64,000 nucleotides of DNA from Ruminococcus sp. (GTDB lineage Bacteria > Bacillota > Clostridia > Oscillospirales > Ruminococcaceae): NCBI RefSeq assembly GCF_017650195.1, contig NZ_JAGCFH010000102.1:40845-104844 (forward strand). The letters run 5' to 3'. The notes beneath the pieces were generated by a model that was given only the letters and a program-made list of their open reading frames with translations, ran no database searches and had not been told where the DNA came from. How positions within the stretch are numbered: the first letter of the stretch is position 1; each line of letters starts with the position of its first letter. This document shows positions 1-10,574 of the stretch, in pieces. The translations under genes were made by a program, and so were the position numbers.

Positions 1-20
1 ACATCTCCGGTGTATTTCAT
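1..20 (-). CDS. leuD: Probable 5' start of 3-isopropylmalate dehydratase small subunit (partial, runs off the left edge)
   Basis: ATG at 20-18 overlaps the leuC stop (ATGA) and reads MKYTGD. Identity rests on the usual leuC-leuD gene order only. Confidence 0.45.
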
Positions 21-1285
21 ATCTCAGCCACCTCCCACGGACTGGTTATCCTACCTGTTACTGCGCTTGCGGCAGCAGTTGCAGGACTTGCAAGATATAC
101 CTCTGACTCTGTATGTCCCATACGTCCCACGAAGTTGCGGTTTGTGGTGGTAACAGCTCTTTCGCCTGCTGCAAGTATGCCCATATATCCTCCGAGACAG
201 GGACCGCAGGTGGGAGTTGACACAACAGCTCCGAACTCTATAAATGTCCTGAGAAGTCCCATTTCCATTGCTTCAAGGTATACCCTCTGAGTTGCGGGGA
301 TAATGATTACCCTCACGTTTTTGGCGGCTTTGCGTCCCTTCATTATCTCGGCGGCAGTTATAAGGTCCTCAAGTCTGCCGTTGGTGCAGGAGCCTATAAC
401 CACCTGGTCTATTTTTACGTTGCCTATATCGCTGAATACCTTTGTGTTTCCGGGAAGATGAGGGAATGCCACAGTGGGCTCTATCGTCGACAGGTCGATA
501 TTTATGACATCGTCGTACTCCGCGTTAGAGTCGGCTTTATATATCACAGGCTTTGCACCGCCATGCTCGCGAATATAATCGAGAGTTTTATCGTCGACCT
601 CGAATATACCATTCTTCGCGCCTGCCTCTATAGCCATATTTGCAATGCAGAAGCGGTCTGCCATAGTAAGTGAGGAAAGTCCCTCTCCTTTGAATTCCAT
701 TGAGCGATAAAGCGCTCCGTCAACGCCTATCCTTCCGATTATATGAAGTATAACGTCTTTTCCGGAAACGTATTTCCGGAGATTTCCCGTAAGATCAAAC
801 TTTATCGCCGACGGCACCTTGAACCATGACTTGCCTGTAGCCATGCCGCAAGCCATATCCGTAGAACCTACGCCTGTTGAAAAAGCTCCAAGAGCTCCAT
901 AGGTACAGGTGTGGGAATCTGCTCCGATGACCAAATTTCCAGCGGTAACAAGTCCTTTTTCTGGGAGCAGGGCATGTTCTATACCCATTTCTCCCACATC
1001 GTAAAAATGTGTGATATCCTTTTCACTGCAGAAATCACGGCACATTTTGCACTGCTCCGCAGCTTTTATGTCCTTGTTCGGAACAAAATGGTCCATGACC
1101 ATAGTGACTTTATTTTTGTCAAACACGCTGTTTCTGCCAAGCTTTGCGAACTCCTTTATAGCTACGGGAGAGGTGATATCGTTTCCGAGAACGAGATCAA
1201 GGTCTGCGAGGATAAGCTCTCCTGCGCTGATCGACTCCCTGCCACAATGAGCCGCAAGTATCTTCTGCGTCATTGTCATTGCCAT
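17..1285 (-). CDS. leuC: 3-isopropylmalate dehydratase large subunit
   Basis: Aconitase-family motifs [36 protein letters not shown]. Start MAMTMTQK follows an AAAGGA RBS. Confidence 0.95.
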   Translation of the reverse strand: MAMTMTQKILAAHCGRESISAGELILADLDLVLGNDITSPVAIKEFAKLGRNSVFDKNKVTMVMDHFVPNKDIKAAEQCKMCRDFCSEKDITHFYDVGEMGIEHALLPEKGLVTAGNLVIGADSHTCTYGALGAFSTGVGSTDMACGMATGKSWFKVPSAIKFDLTGNLRKYVSGKDVILHIIGRIGVDGALYRSMEFKGEGLSSLTMADRFCIANMAIEAGAKNGIFEVDDKTLDYIREHGGAKPVIYKADSNAEYDDVINIDLSTIEPTVAFPHLPGNTKVFSDIGNVKIDQVVIGSCTNGRLEDLITAAEIMKGRKAAKNVRVIIIPATQRVYLEAMEMGLLRTFIEFGAVVSTPTCGPCLGGYMGILAAGERAVTTTNRNFVGRMGHTESEVYLASPATAAASAVTGRITSPWEVAEI

Positions 1286-1322
1286 TTTTATCATTCCTTT
1301 CGATAAGCCTTGCCTATCGTGT

Positions 1323-1826
1323 TTATTTAACTGTTTTCAAGCAGTTCTCTCCTCTTTCGATAGCTACTATTCCCGTGCGGCACATCTCCATTATACCAAA
1401 GGGCTTGAGAAGTTCAATAAATGCGTCTATCTTGGAGGTCTCACCTGTGAGCTCGCAGGTGAGGGAGGTTGGAGAATAGTCCACTATCTTTGAGCGGAAT
1501 ATCTCCACCGCAGTCATTATATCCTGTCGTATTTCAGCCTTGTTTCTTACCTTTATGAGCAGGAGCTCGCGTATTACCGTGTCCTTGCTATCTAGCACCT
1601 CTACCTCTCTGACATCATGGAGTTTCTGTAGCTGCTGGAGAATCCTCTCCTTGATATCTTCGTCGCCGTGGAAGGCGATAGTTATGCGTGAAAAGCCACT
1701 GGATTCGGTCTCACCCACGGTTAGACTGTCGATATTGAAGCCACGCCTCGTGAACATACCCGATACTCTCGAAAGTACTCCCGAAACATTGGCAACTATT
1801 ACGCCTATTACGTATTGCTTATCCAT
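1323..1826 (-). CDS. ilvH: Acetolactate synthase small (regulatory) subunit
   Basis: ACT domain [23 protein letters not shown] and C-terminal EMCRTG; adjacent to the large subunit. Confidence 0.93.
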   Translation of the reverse strand: MDKQYVIGVIVANVSGVLSRVSGMFTRRGFNIDSLTVGETESSGFSRITIAFHGDEDIKERILQQLQKLHDVREVEVLDSKDTVIRELLLIKVRNKAEIRQDIMTAVEIFRSKIVDYSPTSLTCELTGETSKIDAFIELLKPFGIMEMCRTGIVAIERGENCLKTVK

Positions 1827-1835
1827 AATGTCACC

Positions 1836-3533
1836 TCACTTTATCTCTGTGATTATATCATCTACTGAACCGTTGGGCGGAAGCATTGGGAGCACCAACT
1901 CATCGCTGTCCATCGCGCAGTCGATAACGAAGGGAGTACTGCAGGAAAGTGCTTCATCAGCGAGTTTTTCCAGCTCTGAGACTGAAATCGCATGGCCGCC
2001 CTTTGCGCCGAAGGCTTCTGCAAGCTTTGCAAAATCTGTCCTGCGATCGAGGGTGGTATTTGAATATCTCTTGTCATAGAAAATAGTTTGCAATTGTCTA
2101 ACCATTCCGAGAACACCGTTATTCATTATTACAACTGTTATAGGAAGCTTCTGCGATACCGCAGTTGCAAGCTCACAGAGGTCCATGCCGAAACTGCCGT
2201 CGCCTGTGAAGAGTATACAGCGCTTCCCTGTTGCGGAAGCCGCTCCTACGGCTGCTCCGAGACCGAAGCCCATAGTTCCCAGACCACCGCTGGAAATGAA
2301 GGTACGCGGCTTTTTCAGCGGATAGCGCTGGGCTGTCCACATTTGATGTTGACCAACGTCGGTAACTATTACCGTGTCATCCTCAGCACGGGAGCTGATA
2401 ACGTCTATTATATCGTAAGGACTGAGCATTCTGCTGCCTGTTTTCTCCTTTGCTATACTCAGTGCTGAGGCTGTGTGTCTAAGCTCCTCGGTTCTTAGCT
2501 CTTCGATACGCTCAGTCCACTTAGTTCTCTTTTTCACCTCAGTCATTGCGATGAGACGTTCGAGAGAGTCATGGAGGTCGCCCTTTATGGCAACGTCTGC
2601 AGATATATTCTTGTGCAGCTCTGCTCCATCGATATCTATGTGTATTATGTTGAAGTGCTTGGAATAGCGTGATTCGTCGCCTGTGCCTCTGTCGCTGAAT
2701 CTTACCCCGAGAGCAATGACGAGGTCGGCTTCGTCCTGGGCAACAGAAGAAGCGAAATGTCCGTGCATACCCTGCATACCGAGAAAACGGGGGTGGTCGT
2801 AGGGAACGGCTGAAAGTCCCATGAGTGAGCATCCGAGAGGAGCGTCAATCTTATCTGCAAGAGACATTATCTGCTGTGAAGCCTTTCCGCTTATAACGCC
2901 GCCGCCAAAGTAGATATAGGGTCTTTCGCTGCTGTTTATCAGAGCAGCTGCCTTTTGCAGCTGTTCCTCCGGAGCGAAGGTAAGAGGATAGGGTATTACG
3001 GGCTGAGCGTTGGGCTCGAATTCGCAGAGAGCCTCTTGTACGTCCTTGGGTATATCAACGAGTACAGGACCCTGCCTTCCTGATTTGGCTATTTTAAAGG
3101 CTGTACGGAGTGTATCCGCAAGCTCATTTATGTCCTTTACTATGAAATTATGCTTGGTGATAGGCATGGTTATACCTACGATATCGACTTCCTGAAAGCT
3201 GTCCCGTCCTATGAGGCTGCAAGCTACGTTGCCTGTGATAGCAACCATTGGTACAGAGTCGAGATATGCCGTAGCTATGCCTGTTACGAGGTTAGTTGCC
3301 CCGGGACCCGATGTTGCTATGACAACTCCTACTTTGCCTGTTGAACGGGCATATCCGTCCGCAGCATGGGCAGCTCCCTGCTCATGAGCGGCAAGTATGT
3401 GCTTTATGCGACTCTGCGCGGAATAAAGCTCGTCGAAGAGATCTATTACCTGTCCGCCGGGATAGCCGAAAACAGTGTCGCAGCCCTGCTCTATTAGTGT
3501 TTCAACAACTATTTTTGCACCTGATATTTTCAT
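1836..3533 (-). CDS. ilvB: Acetolactate synthase large subunit
   Basis: FGYPGG, HEQGAAHAADGYAR, TSGPGATN, DVGQHQMW and the TPP motif GDGSF...NN. Confidence 0.95.
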   Translation of the reverse strand: MKISGAKIVVETLIEQGCDTVFGYPGGQVIDLFDELYSAQSRIKHILAAHEQGAAHAADGYARSTGKVGVVIATSGPGATNLVTGIATAYLDSVPMVAITGNVACSLIGRDSFQEVDIVGITMPITKHNFIVKDINELADTLRTAFKIAKSGRQGPVLVDIPKDVQEALCEFEPNAQPVIPYPLTFAPEEQLQKAAALINSSERPYIYFGGGVISGKASQQIMSLADKIDAPLGCSLMGLSAVPYDHPRFLGMQGMHGHFASSVAQDEADLVIALGVRFSDRGTGDESRYSKHFNIIHIDIDGAELHKNISADVAIKGDLHDSLERLIAMTEVKKRTKWTERIEELRTEELRHTASALSIAKEKTGSRMLSPYDIIDVISSRAEDDTVIVTDVGQHQMWTAQRYPLKKPRTFISSGGLGTMGFGLGAAVGAASATGKRCILFTGDGSFGMDLCELATAVSQKLPITVVIMNNGVLGMVRQLQTIFYDKRYSNTTLDRRTDFAKLAEAFGAKGGHAISVSELEKLADEALSCSTPFVIDCAMDSDELVLPMLPPNGSVDDIITEIK

Positions 3534-3567
3534 AGTATCATGTCCTTTACTCTTGTGTTCGCAGTGC

Positions 3568-5232
3568 TCAGCCTGCGCTCAGCATATTGTTCACCGCGCT
3601 TATGAGCGCCTTTACAGATGATGTGATGATATCGTTGTCTATGCCTGTTCCCCAGAAGCTCTTTCCGCTTCCGGTTACTATCTCAACGTAGGATACAGCC
3701 TTTGAAGCCGAGCCCACCTCAAGGGCGTGTTCAGAGTAGCTGTTGAGGCTGTAGTCTGCATTAGTATACGACTTAACAGCGTTACTGACCGCGTCAAGAC
3801 GTCCATTTCCGGTATCGGTCACAGTGACCTTCCTGCCGTTGTAGTCAAAACTGATGGTAGCTTCGATGCCGTCACGCTGAACGAAATGTGTTTCGCCTAT
3901 ATTTATGGGAGATGTTATATCCACGTAATTGGTCTTGAATATCTCATAGACCTCGTCGGGAAGGAGTTCCTTGTGCTTGCGGTCGGATACTCCCTTGACA
4001 AGATAGCCCACGCTTTCACGCATCTTTTTCGGCAGATTATAGCCGAAGCGTGTTTCGAGTATATACCCGATACCGCCCTTGCCGGACTGGCTGTTGATGC
4101 GGATAACGTCTGCGGAGTACTCTCTGCCGATATCCTCCGGATCTATGGGAAGATAAGGCACTGTCCAGTACTGAGCATTGCTTTCTTCACGCCATTTCAT
4201 GCCCTTTGCGATAGCGTCCTGATGAGAGCCGCTGAAAGCCGCGAATACTAGCTTTCCGGAATAGGGTTGGCGCTCGTATATATTCATTCTCGTTACTCTT
4301 GTGTAGAGTTCGGATATCGATGGAATATCACTGAAATTCAGATTCGGATCAACGCCCTGGGAGTACATATTCATAGCTAGTACTATTATATCCACATTTC
4401 CCGTGCGCTCGCCGTTGCCGAAAAGTGTTCCCTCAACGCGCTCGGCACCTGCAAGTAACCCCATTTCAGTGTCAGCAACTGCGCTGCCGCGGTCGTTGTG
4501 GGGGTGAAGTGAAACTATGACGTTTTCACGGTATTTCAGGTTATCGCACATATACTCTACCTGATTGGCATATACGTGGGGCATTGACAGCTGTACGGTC
4601 ACGGGGAGGTTGATTATCACCTTATCTTCGGAAGTGGGCTGCCATACGTCAAGTACGGCGTTGCATACTTCAAGAGCGAATTCCGGCTCTGTTCCCGTGA
4701 AACTCTCGGGGGAATACTCAAAGCGGTAATTTCCCTCATATCTTTTGCGGTACTCCTTGCAGAGCCTTGCTCCGCTGACAGCTATATCCTTTATCTCCTC
4801 CATGCTCTTGCGGAAGACCTGCTCACGCTGAGCTACTGAGGTTGAGTTGTATAGATGGACGATAGCGTTTTTGCAGCCCTTGAGAGCTTCAAAGGTCTTT
4901 TCTATTATATGCTCTCTCGACTGGGTGAGCACCTGTATTGTCACGTCATCAGGTATGAGGTTCTGCTCGATGAGAGTGCGGCAGAAGTCGTATTCCGTTT
5001 CAGAAGCAGCAGGAAAGCCTATCTCTATCTCCTTGAAGCCGATATCCACCAGCTGCTGGAAAAATTCCAGCTTTTCACCAAGGCTCATTGGTATGATAAG
5101 AGCCTGATTTCCGTCCCTCAAATCGACGCTACACCACTTAGGAGCCTTCTCAATGTAGGACTTTTTTGTCCATTTCATGGACGTTTCCGGCGCTTCAAAG
5201 AACTGCCGTGTGTACTTGCTGACATTATTCAT
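3568..5232 (-). CDS. leuA: 2-isopropylmalate synthase (yeast/mycobacterial type)
   Basis: WCSVDLRDGNQAL, FEYSPESF, SLHPHNDRG, GNGERTGN. True start is MNNVSK at 5232 after GGAGG; the ORF-track extension runs into the T-box leader. Confidence 0.95.
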   Translation of the reverse strand: MNNVSKYTRQFFEAPETSMKWTKKSYIEKAPKWCSVDLRDGNQALIIPMSLGEKLEFFQQLVDIGFKEIEIGFPAASETEYDFCRTLIEQNLIPDDVTIQVLTQSREHIIEKTFEALKGCKNAIVHLYNSTSVAQREQVFRKSMEEIKDIAVSGARLCKEYRKRYEGNYRFEYSPESFTGTEPEFALEVCNAVLDVWQPTSEDKVIINLPVTVQLSMPHVYANQVEYMCDNLKYRENVIVSLHPHNDRGSAVADTEMGLLAGAERVEGTLFGNGERTGNVDIIVLAMNMYSQGVDPNLNFSDIPSISELYTRVTRMNIYERQPYSGKLVFAAFSGSHQDAIAKGMKWREESNAQYWTVPYLPIDPEDIGREYSADVIRINSQSGKGGIGYILETRFGYNLPKKMRESVGYLVKGVSDRKHKELLPDEVYEIFKTNYVDITSPINIGETHFVQRDGIEATISFDYNGRKVTVTDTGNGRLDAVSNAVKSYTNADYSLNSYSEHALEVGSASKAVSYVEIVTGSGKSFWGTGIDNDIITSSVKALISAVNNMLSAG

Positions 5233-5274
5233 TGTATTACCTCCATTCTGATCCGTTATGCCATTGCGGAGGGT

Positions 5275-5545
5275 ATAAAAAATCTCCTCCATGCATGGCA
5301 TGGAAGAGACGAAGTTGCAATAATACTTCGTGGTACCACTCTTCTTGATGTAAGAATACACCCACTCGTCTGCGTCGGATCAACGCATATCTCTGTAACG
5401 GGAGAACCCGTTCAAGCCTAATCGCTACAATTTACAGCTTTCAGCCGACTGCTCAGGGATGAGTTATGGCTCGTACTTGTCTGCCGTCTTGCACCCACCG
5501 TCGGCTCTCTGTGAAAAACTTGTACGGGCTTTGTTTCCCTTCATA
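5275..5545 (-). ncRNA. T-box riboswitch, Leu specifier
   Basis: Minus strand shows stem I with AGAGAG and GGTG boxes, a specifier loop ..ATAA-CTC-ATCCCT (CUC = Leu), T-box AAGAAGAGTGGTACCACG (5329-5346), and terminator TCTCTTCCA..TGGAGGAGA-TTTTT ahead of leuA. Confidence 0.9.
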
Positions 5546-5568
5546 GCATTTTTGATTTGATATTATGT

Positions 5569-5597
5569 ATTATACACTGAAAGGCAGTGTTTGTCAA
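5569..5597 (-). promoter_or_regulatory. Sigma-A promoter of the T-box/leu-ilv operon
   Basis: TTGACA-17 nt-TATAAT. Confidence 0.85.
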
Positions 5598-5631
5598 GCC
5601 CCCCCTGTTGTAATTATGCAGGGATTTATCG

Positions 5632-5889
5632 TCATATAGGGGCTTTTGCGCCACAGTCTGGGCAGAAATTGGTACCGCAATCTCTGCCGCAGGAGCATTT
5701 CCACGGTCTGACGGGAGCCTTTGTGCCGCATTCGGGACAGAAGTTGGTGCTGTTTTCCATACCGCAGATACAGCGCCATTTATTGCCTTGCCATGCAAAA
5801 GCAGCCTTATTTTCGGCAGCCATGCGAAAAAGCGCGTCTCCGCTCGCCATGTACTGCATACCCATAAGTGGAATACCATAAATAAACAT
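5632..5889 (-). CDS. Small double zinc-ribbon protein
   Basis: Two repeats of W-x-C-x-CG...NFCP(E/D)CGxKAP; GAGGTG RBS. Confidence 0.75.
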   Translation of the reverse strand: MFIYGIPLMGMQYMASGDALFRMAAENKAAFAWQGNKWRCICGMENSTNFCPECGTKAPVRPWKCSCGRDCGTNFCPDCGAKAPI

Positions 5890-5903
5890 GCTCTCACCTC
5901 ATT

Positions 5904-6047
5904 TTATTGCTGAGACTTTATATAGTCGGCTATTCTGTATATAGCGTAGAATACCCATATTATCCATGATATTGCCCACAGTCCCGTGAATATGCTGAAA
6001 AGCAGGTATATCACGGCAACTGCGGCGGTTATGAACCAGTTTTTCAT
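5904..6047 (-). CDS. 47-aa membrane peptide (not in the ORF track)
   Basis: MKNWFITAAVAVIYLLFSIFTGLWAISWIIWVFYAIYRIADYIKSQQ; fills the gap between the AIM24 and zinc-ribbon genes on the same strand. Confidence 0.65.
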   Translation of the reverse strand: MKNWFITAAVAVIYLLFSIFTGLWAISWIIWVFYAIYRIADYIKSQQ

Positions 6048-6050
6048 AGC

Positions 6051-6725
6051 TTAGCGCTTCGGAGCGAGGGCAAGTATCTTGCTTGCGAAGTCGTTGAAGT
6101 TTTGAGTCTGGAGTATTATTTTTCCGGGACCTGTCAGCTTTGTGAGGAAGAGACCCTCGCCGCCGAAGAATATGTTTCCGAGGCCCTTTACCGTTTCTAT
6201 CTCGTACTGTACCGTAGGCTCGAAGGCAACTACATTTCCTGTATCAACTTTAAGTATCTCACCAGGGTTGAGGTAGCGCTCCACCATATCTCCGTCGACT
6301 TCAAGGAAAGCCATGCCGTTTCCGAAGAGCTGCTGGAGTATGAAGCCCTCGCCACCGAAAAGTCCGGATAGAATCTTCTTTGTGAAGACAGCCTTTAGGT
6401 CAACCGTCTGCTCAGCGCAGAGGAAAGCGCCCTTCTGACAAATCAGTCCACCGTTGGAAATGTTTACCGGTACTATAGAGCCAGGAACAGTGGCTCCGAA
6501 GGCAATTCTAGCACCTGCGATGTCAGCTCTGTAATTAGCCATGAATAATGATTCGCCTGTGAAAAGTCTTCCAAGGCTCCTTCCCACGCCGCCTCTTGCA
6601 TTTGTTGTCATGGTAAAGCCCTGTGTCTGCCATATCATTCCGCCTGACTGTGTGAACATTGACTCGCCTGCATTGAGTTCACACTCAACTGCTGGTACGG
6701 TCTGGCCGATTATAGTATATCTCAT
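6051..6725 (-). CDS. AIM24 / TIGR00266 family protein
   Basis: Three repeats including GESLF and GGEG(F/L); typical length of 224 aa. Confidence 0.85.
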   Translation of the reverse strand: MRYTIIGQTVPAVECELNAGESMFTQSGGMIWQTQGFTMTTNARGGVGRSLGRLFTGESLFMANYRADIAGARIAFGATVPGSIVPVNISNGGLICQKGAFLCAEQTVDLKAVFTKKILSGLFGGEGFILQQLFGNGMAFLEVDGDMVERYLNPGEILKVDTGNVVAFEPTVQYEIETVKGLGNIFFGGEGLFLTKLTGPGKIILQTQNFNDFASKILALAPKR

Positions 6726-6781
6726 ATTGAAATACCTCCTGACAATAATTATATATTATGCGTCATATCCGCATTCTGACA

Positions 6782-7765
6782 TTAGTTTACTATCCTGCAC
6801 AGATTTGCCTCGCCTGAGCTAAGATACTTTATCTCGCCGTAGGGGAGCCGTATTATAAGGTTTGCATTGTCGTCTATGCCGAGAGCCTCGCCGATGAGCT
6901 TTTCCGTGCCGACAACGGCAGTTATCATATTTCCCGTGAGAAGTTCGCGCTCTCTGTATTCGCGAAGGAAGCTCCTGTCGGATATTTTTCCGAGATAGAT
7001 CTCAAGACGGTTGAGTATACCTGCACAGAGCCTGTTCCTGTCAAGTCTGATACCTGTTTCGTCTTCGATGGAAGTTGCAGTCTTTTTTAGCTCCGCGTCG
7101 AAGAGGTCGCCGATACTGTGTACATTTATGCCAATACCGATAGTAGCGCAGTCAAGGACGCGCATTTCCAGTCCTAGGGAAGCCTCTGTAAGTATGCCGC
7201 ATATCTTTTTGCCATTCATATAGAGGTCGTTGACCCATTTTATCATTACATTGCTACCGCATAGCTCTTCTATGGCTTCCGCAGCTGCACAGGCTGTAGC
7301 GGCGGTTATCATAGGCGCGAAATGAAGATCAAAATTAGGACGGACAAGAACGCTGAGATACAGACCAACTCCTGGAGGAGAAACGAAATGCCTGCCTATA
7401 CGTCCCTTGCCTGCGGTCTGACGGTTTGCCACAACAGACGTGCCGTGGGGAGCCTTTTCAGTCTCGAGTTCACGTACCACGTTGTTTGTGGAATCTACCT
7501 CGTCAAAGACTTTTATATTCCTGCCTATCTCCTTTGTATTCAGGAGAGGCAGTATTAGGTCAGCCGAAAGTCTATTGTTGTCTTCGTTCAGTTTATAGCC
7601 CTTTGAAGTTATCGAGCTTATTGAAAAGCCCTCGGCTTCAAGGGATTTTACAGCCTTCCACACAGCGTTGCGGCTCACGCCGAGCTTTTCTGCGAGAGCA
7701 GCGCCAGATATGTAGTCTCCGCCTGCGCCGGCAAGAGTGGCTAGCAATGCAGATCTTACGTTCAT
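6782..7765 (-). CDS. birA: Bifunctional biotin--acetyl-CoA-carboxylase ligase / biotin repressor
   Basis: N-terminal HTH (ISGAALAEKLGVSRNAVWK), QTAGKGRIGR, KWVND, KICGILTE. Confidence 0.93.
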   Translation of the reverse strand: MNVRSALLATLAGAGGDYISGAALAEKLGVSRNAVWKAVKSLEAEGFSISSITSKGYKLNEDNNRLSADLILPLLNTKEIGRNIKVFDEVDSTNNVVRELETEKAPHGTSVVANRQTAGKGRIGRHFVSPPGVGLYLSVLVRPNFDLHFAPMITAATACAAAEAIEELCGSNVMIKWVNDLYMNGKKICGILTEASLGLEMRVLDCATIGIGINVHSIGDLFDAELKKTATSIEDETGIRLDRNRLCAGILNRLEIYLGKISDRSFLREYRERELLTGNMITAVVGTEKLIGEALGIDDNANLIIRLPYGEIKYLSSGEANLCRIVN

Positions 7766-7975
7766 GGTAAAATGTTCCTTTCGGTAATATTGATAACATT
7801 GTACCACAAAAAGATAAAAATTTCAAGATAAAAAGTATAAAATAGCGCCTAAAAGTGTGAATTTTTTTGCTGATACGCAAAAAAGGACGGTTTTTCCGTC
7901 CTTTCCGTTGTATAATATTTACCGTGCCTCTGTAAAGATTAAAAACAGCTCATTGCTGTTACAGTTTTTTGTTCA

Positions 7976-8497
7976 CTAATGGGCAGTATCGTTGAATTGT
8001 TTCTGTTTTGCAGCTTTTTCTACAGGTTTCTGCTCACTGTGTTTGTAAGAGTAGAGCTGTACTGCCGCTATAGTTGTCGCCATAACCACGGGAGCGATAC
8101 AGGGTAGTATCCGGCGTATGTACATATCGCTCACTGGTAGGAGGGAGTATTTGTCTGTCCAGCCAGCTTTGTCGGCATGAGTGGCAAGATGGTACAGCAT
8201 GGTCAGACAGAGAACAAGCCCTGGAACTGAAAGAATTATTGAAAGTATATCTGTCATTTTTTTTCTAAAAAGACATAAAAAGGCTCCAGCAGTCATCATA
8301 ATGGCCGAGATAACGAGGAATATACCCGTTTTTGCAAGACCTTCCCCGTAGTTGCTGCGGTTGTATATAAGTCCTGCGCCGCTAAGAGCAGTCATTGCGC
8401 ATGAGAACCACAGACTGAGCGCTAGCATTACAACTTTCAGAGCGGTTATGAGATGTGAGCGCTGTGTTGGTGAATTTTTCATATTTTTACGGTCCAT
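7976..8497 (-). CDS. Hypothetical membrane protein (about 4 TM)
   Basis: 173-aa ORF with several hydrophobic segments and a GGAG RBS. Confidence 0.65.
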   Translation of the reverse strand: MDRKNMKNSPTQRSHLITALKVVMLALSLWFSCAMTALSGAGLIYNRSNYGEGLAKTGIFLVISAIMMTAGAFLCLFRKKMTDILSIILSVPGLVLCLTMLYHLATHADKAGWTDKYSLLPVSDMYIRRILPCIAPVVMATTIAAVQLYSYKHSEQKPVEKAAKQKQFNDTAH

Positions 8498-8566
8498 ATT
8501 TAATATTTACTCCATAAGTACATTCCGGCTGTGTGTATTTCACATTAATAATATTACAAAGCCGAA

Positions 8567-8596
8567 GCATAATAATTATGTTCCTCTGGGAACATG
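8567..8596 (+). promoter_or_regulatory. Possible sigma-F/G forespore promoter of spoIVB
   Basis: GCATA-16 nt-GGGAACATG resembles the Bacillus sigma-F consensus. Confidence 0.4.
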
Positions 8597-8613
8597 AAAG
8601 GAAAAAAATAAAA

Positions 8614-9837
8614 ATGTTGCTGAAAAGAAAAATAATAAGATCAGCCGCAGCCTTATTATCTGCCGGATTTGTCGGATTATTCGGAACGGCAGGGTATTAT
8701 TCGCTGCGGCTCCCGTCGGCTGTAACGGTCGAAACGGGAAAAGCCTTTAAAATAGCTGAATATCCCGAGTTGAGCTGTTCGGCGTCTTTTGATGGAGCAG
8801 TTCCAGCATCAGGGAGATGTGCAGGATCAGAGCAGGTAACTCTCTCCCTCTTTGGCGTTATACCGGTAAAGAATGTGGAGGTGCGCCGAGCTGAGGCTCC
8901 TGTATTTGCAGTGGGCGGAAGGCCATTTGGTATAAAGCTCCTTATGGAAGGAGTAATGGTCACAGATCTTGGCGATGTTGAGGACGAAATTGGTGTTATG
9001 AGCTGCCCAGCGAAGAAGGCAGGGATATGCACTGGAGATATAATACGTCTTGCAGACGGTGAAACACTAACCTCAAACGACGATTTGCAGGCAATCATCT
9101 CTTCTTCTGGCGGAAAAGCAGTGGAGCTTTCCGTAGAGCGGGGGGGAAGAATCTTTTCCGCGCTGCTCCAGCCTATATTCTCCCGAAAGAGTGGTTGCTA
9201 CAAGGGGGGGATGTGGGTGCGCGACAGCATCGCAGGCATAGGGACCATGTCGTTTTTTGACAAGAGCACCGGCTGCTTTGCAGGGCTCGGTCATCCAGTA
9301 TGCGATTCCGACACTGGGGGGATAGTTCCCGTCCACAGCGGAGAAGCAGTGCCTATTGAGATAACCGATGTACGTCGCGGAGCAAAGGGCTCTCCCGGAG
9401 AGCTTCGCGGTAGCTTTGCCGTCGGGGAGAGCTTAGGCGTCCTAGATGGCAATAAGACCAGCGGCATCTACGGTAAGCTCGCGCCGGAGGCACTTGAAGA
9501 GCTTTCCACAGAATGTGAGGAGTTCGTAATGGCATACAGTCAAGATATAAGGGAGGGCCCTGCGGAGATATATACCACTGTATCCGGCGAAAAGCCTCAG
9601 AGGTACTCCGCTATGATAGAGCGTGTGGACTACGGCAGCTCAGACTCGAAGAATATGGTGATAAAGATAACTGACAAAAGGCTTCTTGAAGCTGCTGGCG
9701 GTATAGTTCAAGGCATGAGCGGAAGTCCTGTGATACAGGATGGCAGGCTAGCTGGAGCAGTCACTCATGTGTTCGTAGCCGACCCATCACGGGGATATGG
9801 AATATTTGCCGAAAATATGGCAAAGGGGCTATATTAG
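8614..9837 (+). CDS. spoIVB: SpoIVB peptidase (S55 family, with PDZ domain)
   Basis: WVRDSIAGIGT, GLGHPV, GGIVQGMSGSPVIQDGRLAGAVTHVF. Confidence 0.92.
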   Translation: MLLKRKIIRSAAALLSAGFVGLFGTAGYYSLRLPSAVTVETGKAFKIAEYPELSCSASFDGAVPASGRCAGSEQVTLSLFGVIPVKNVEVRRAEAPVFAVGGRPFGIKLLMEGVMVTDLGDVEDEIGVMSCPAKKAGICTGDIIRLADGETLTSNDDLQAIISSSGGKAVELSVERGGRIFSALLQPIFSRKSGCYKGGMWVRDSIAGIGTMSFFDKSTGCFAGLGHPVCDSDTGGIVPVHSGEAVPIEITDVRRGAKGSPGELRGSFAVGESLGVLDGNKTSGIYGKLAPEALEELSTECEEFVMAYSQDIREGPAEIYTTVSGEKPQRYSAMIERVDYGSSDSKNMVIKITDKRLLEAAGGIVQGMSGSPVIQDGRLAGAVTHVFVADPSRGYGIFAENMAKGLY

Positions 9838-9847
9838 GCTATAAAAT

Positions 9848-9916
9848 GTGTGCCTCCGGCAGCCTTGCCGGCAGGCACTAAATAAAAGCGGGCGTTACTA
9901 AATGTAACGCCCCAAA
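9848..9916. terminator. Paired hairpins between convergent spoIVB and ptsH
   Basis: GTGCCT-CCGGCA..TGCCGG-CAGGCAC and GGGCGTTAC-taaat-GTAACGCCC, flanked by A/T runs. Confidence 0.7.
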
Positions 9917-9931
9917 ATATAGTCTTTTTAA

Positions 9932-10204
9932 TTATCTGTTCTCTTCGCTAAAGCCGCTATCAACAAGCTCGATAAGTGCGTCAACTGCTGCCTTCTCGTC
10001 AGCTCCGTCTGCGATAACCTTTACATTTGTACCGCCAACGATGCCGAGGGAAAGAATTCCAAGTAAGCTCTTTGCATTGACTCTGCGCTCTTCCTTTTCA
10101 ATCCAGATTGATGACTTGAACTCATTTGCCTTCTGAATAAAGAAAGTAGCTGGTCTTGCGTGGAGACCGACCTGATTCTTTACCATTACTTCTCTAACAA
10201 ACAT
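9932..10204 (-). CDS. ptsH: Phosphocarrier protein HPr
   Basis: GLHARPA (His15) and NAKS (Ser46); AGGAG RBS; promoter TTGACG-17-TATAAT at 10322-10294. Confidence 0.93.
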   Translation of the reverse strand: MFVREVMVKNQVGLHARPATFFIQKANEFKSSIWIEKEERRVNAKSLLGILSLGIVGGTNVKVIADGADEKAAVDALIELVDSGFSEENR

Positions 10205-10574
10205 AAACAACTCTCCTATTCTCTGTGGTTACAGCCCCTCTCATTTTTATGCAGGACTGTGTTGTCGTTTGCAATTGTTTTCTTGCTGACTTTATTATAC
10301 ATTCTATTTTTTTCTTCGTCAACGGATTTTTTCGATTATACTTCATCTTTTCTCTAAATTCTACATTTAGATTAAATGTGAACGAATTTTTATCAACTTG
10401 CTTGTTTATTATCACCACAAAAAAATGTTGATTCTAATTGTTGAAAATGCATATTATTCAACGCGAGATTATGTTGATTTCTTCTAAAGGGAAAATGTTT
10501 TTTTGTATATACAGCCAGTTAATATGTGGAACAGCAATAAATGTTAAACTTAAACCCAAAAGCGCAAAAAACGC

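Noticed and set aside
5233-5361. N-terminal extension of the 597-aa leuA ORF
   Set aside because: It overlaps the T-box antiterminator/terminator; the real RBS and start are at 5232.
10211-10574. Short ORFs or a cre site in the AT-rich ptsH-trmD gap
   Set aside because: The ORFs look like low-complexity noise and no convincing TGNAANCGNTTNCA match was found; only the ptsH promoter is supported.
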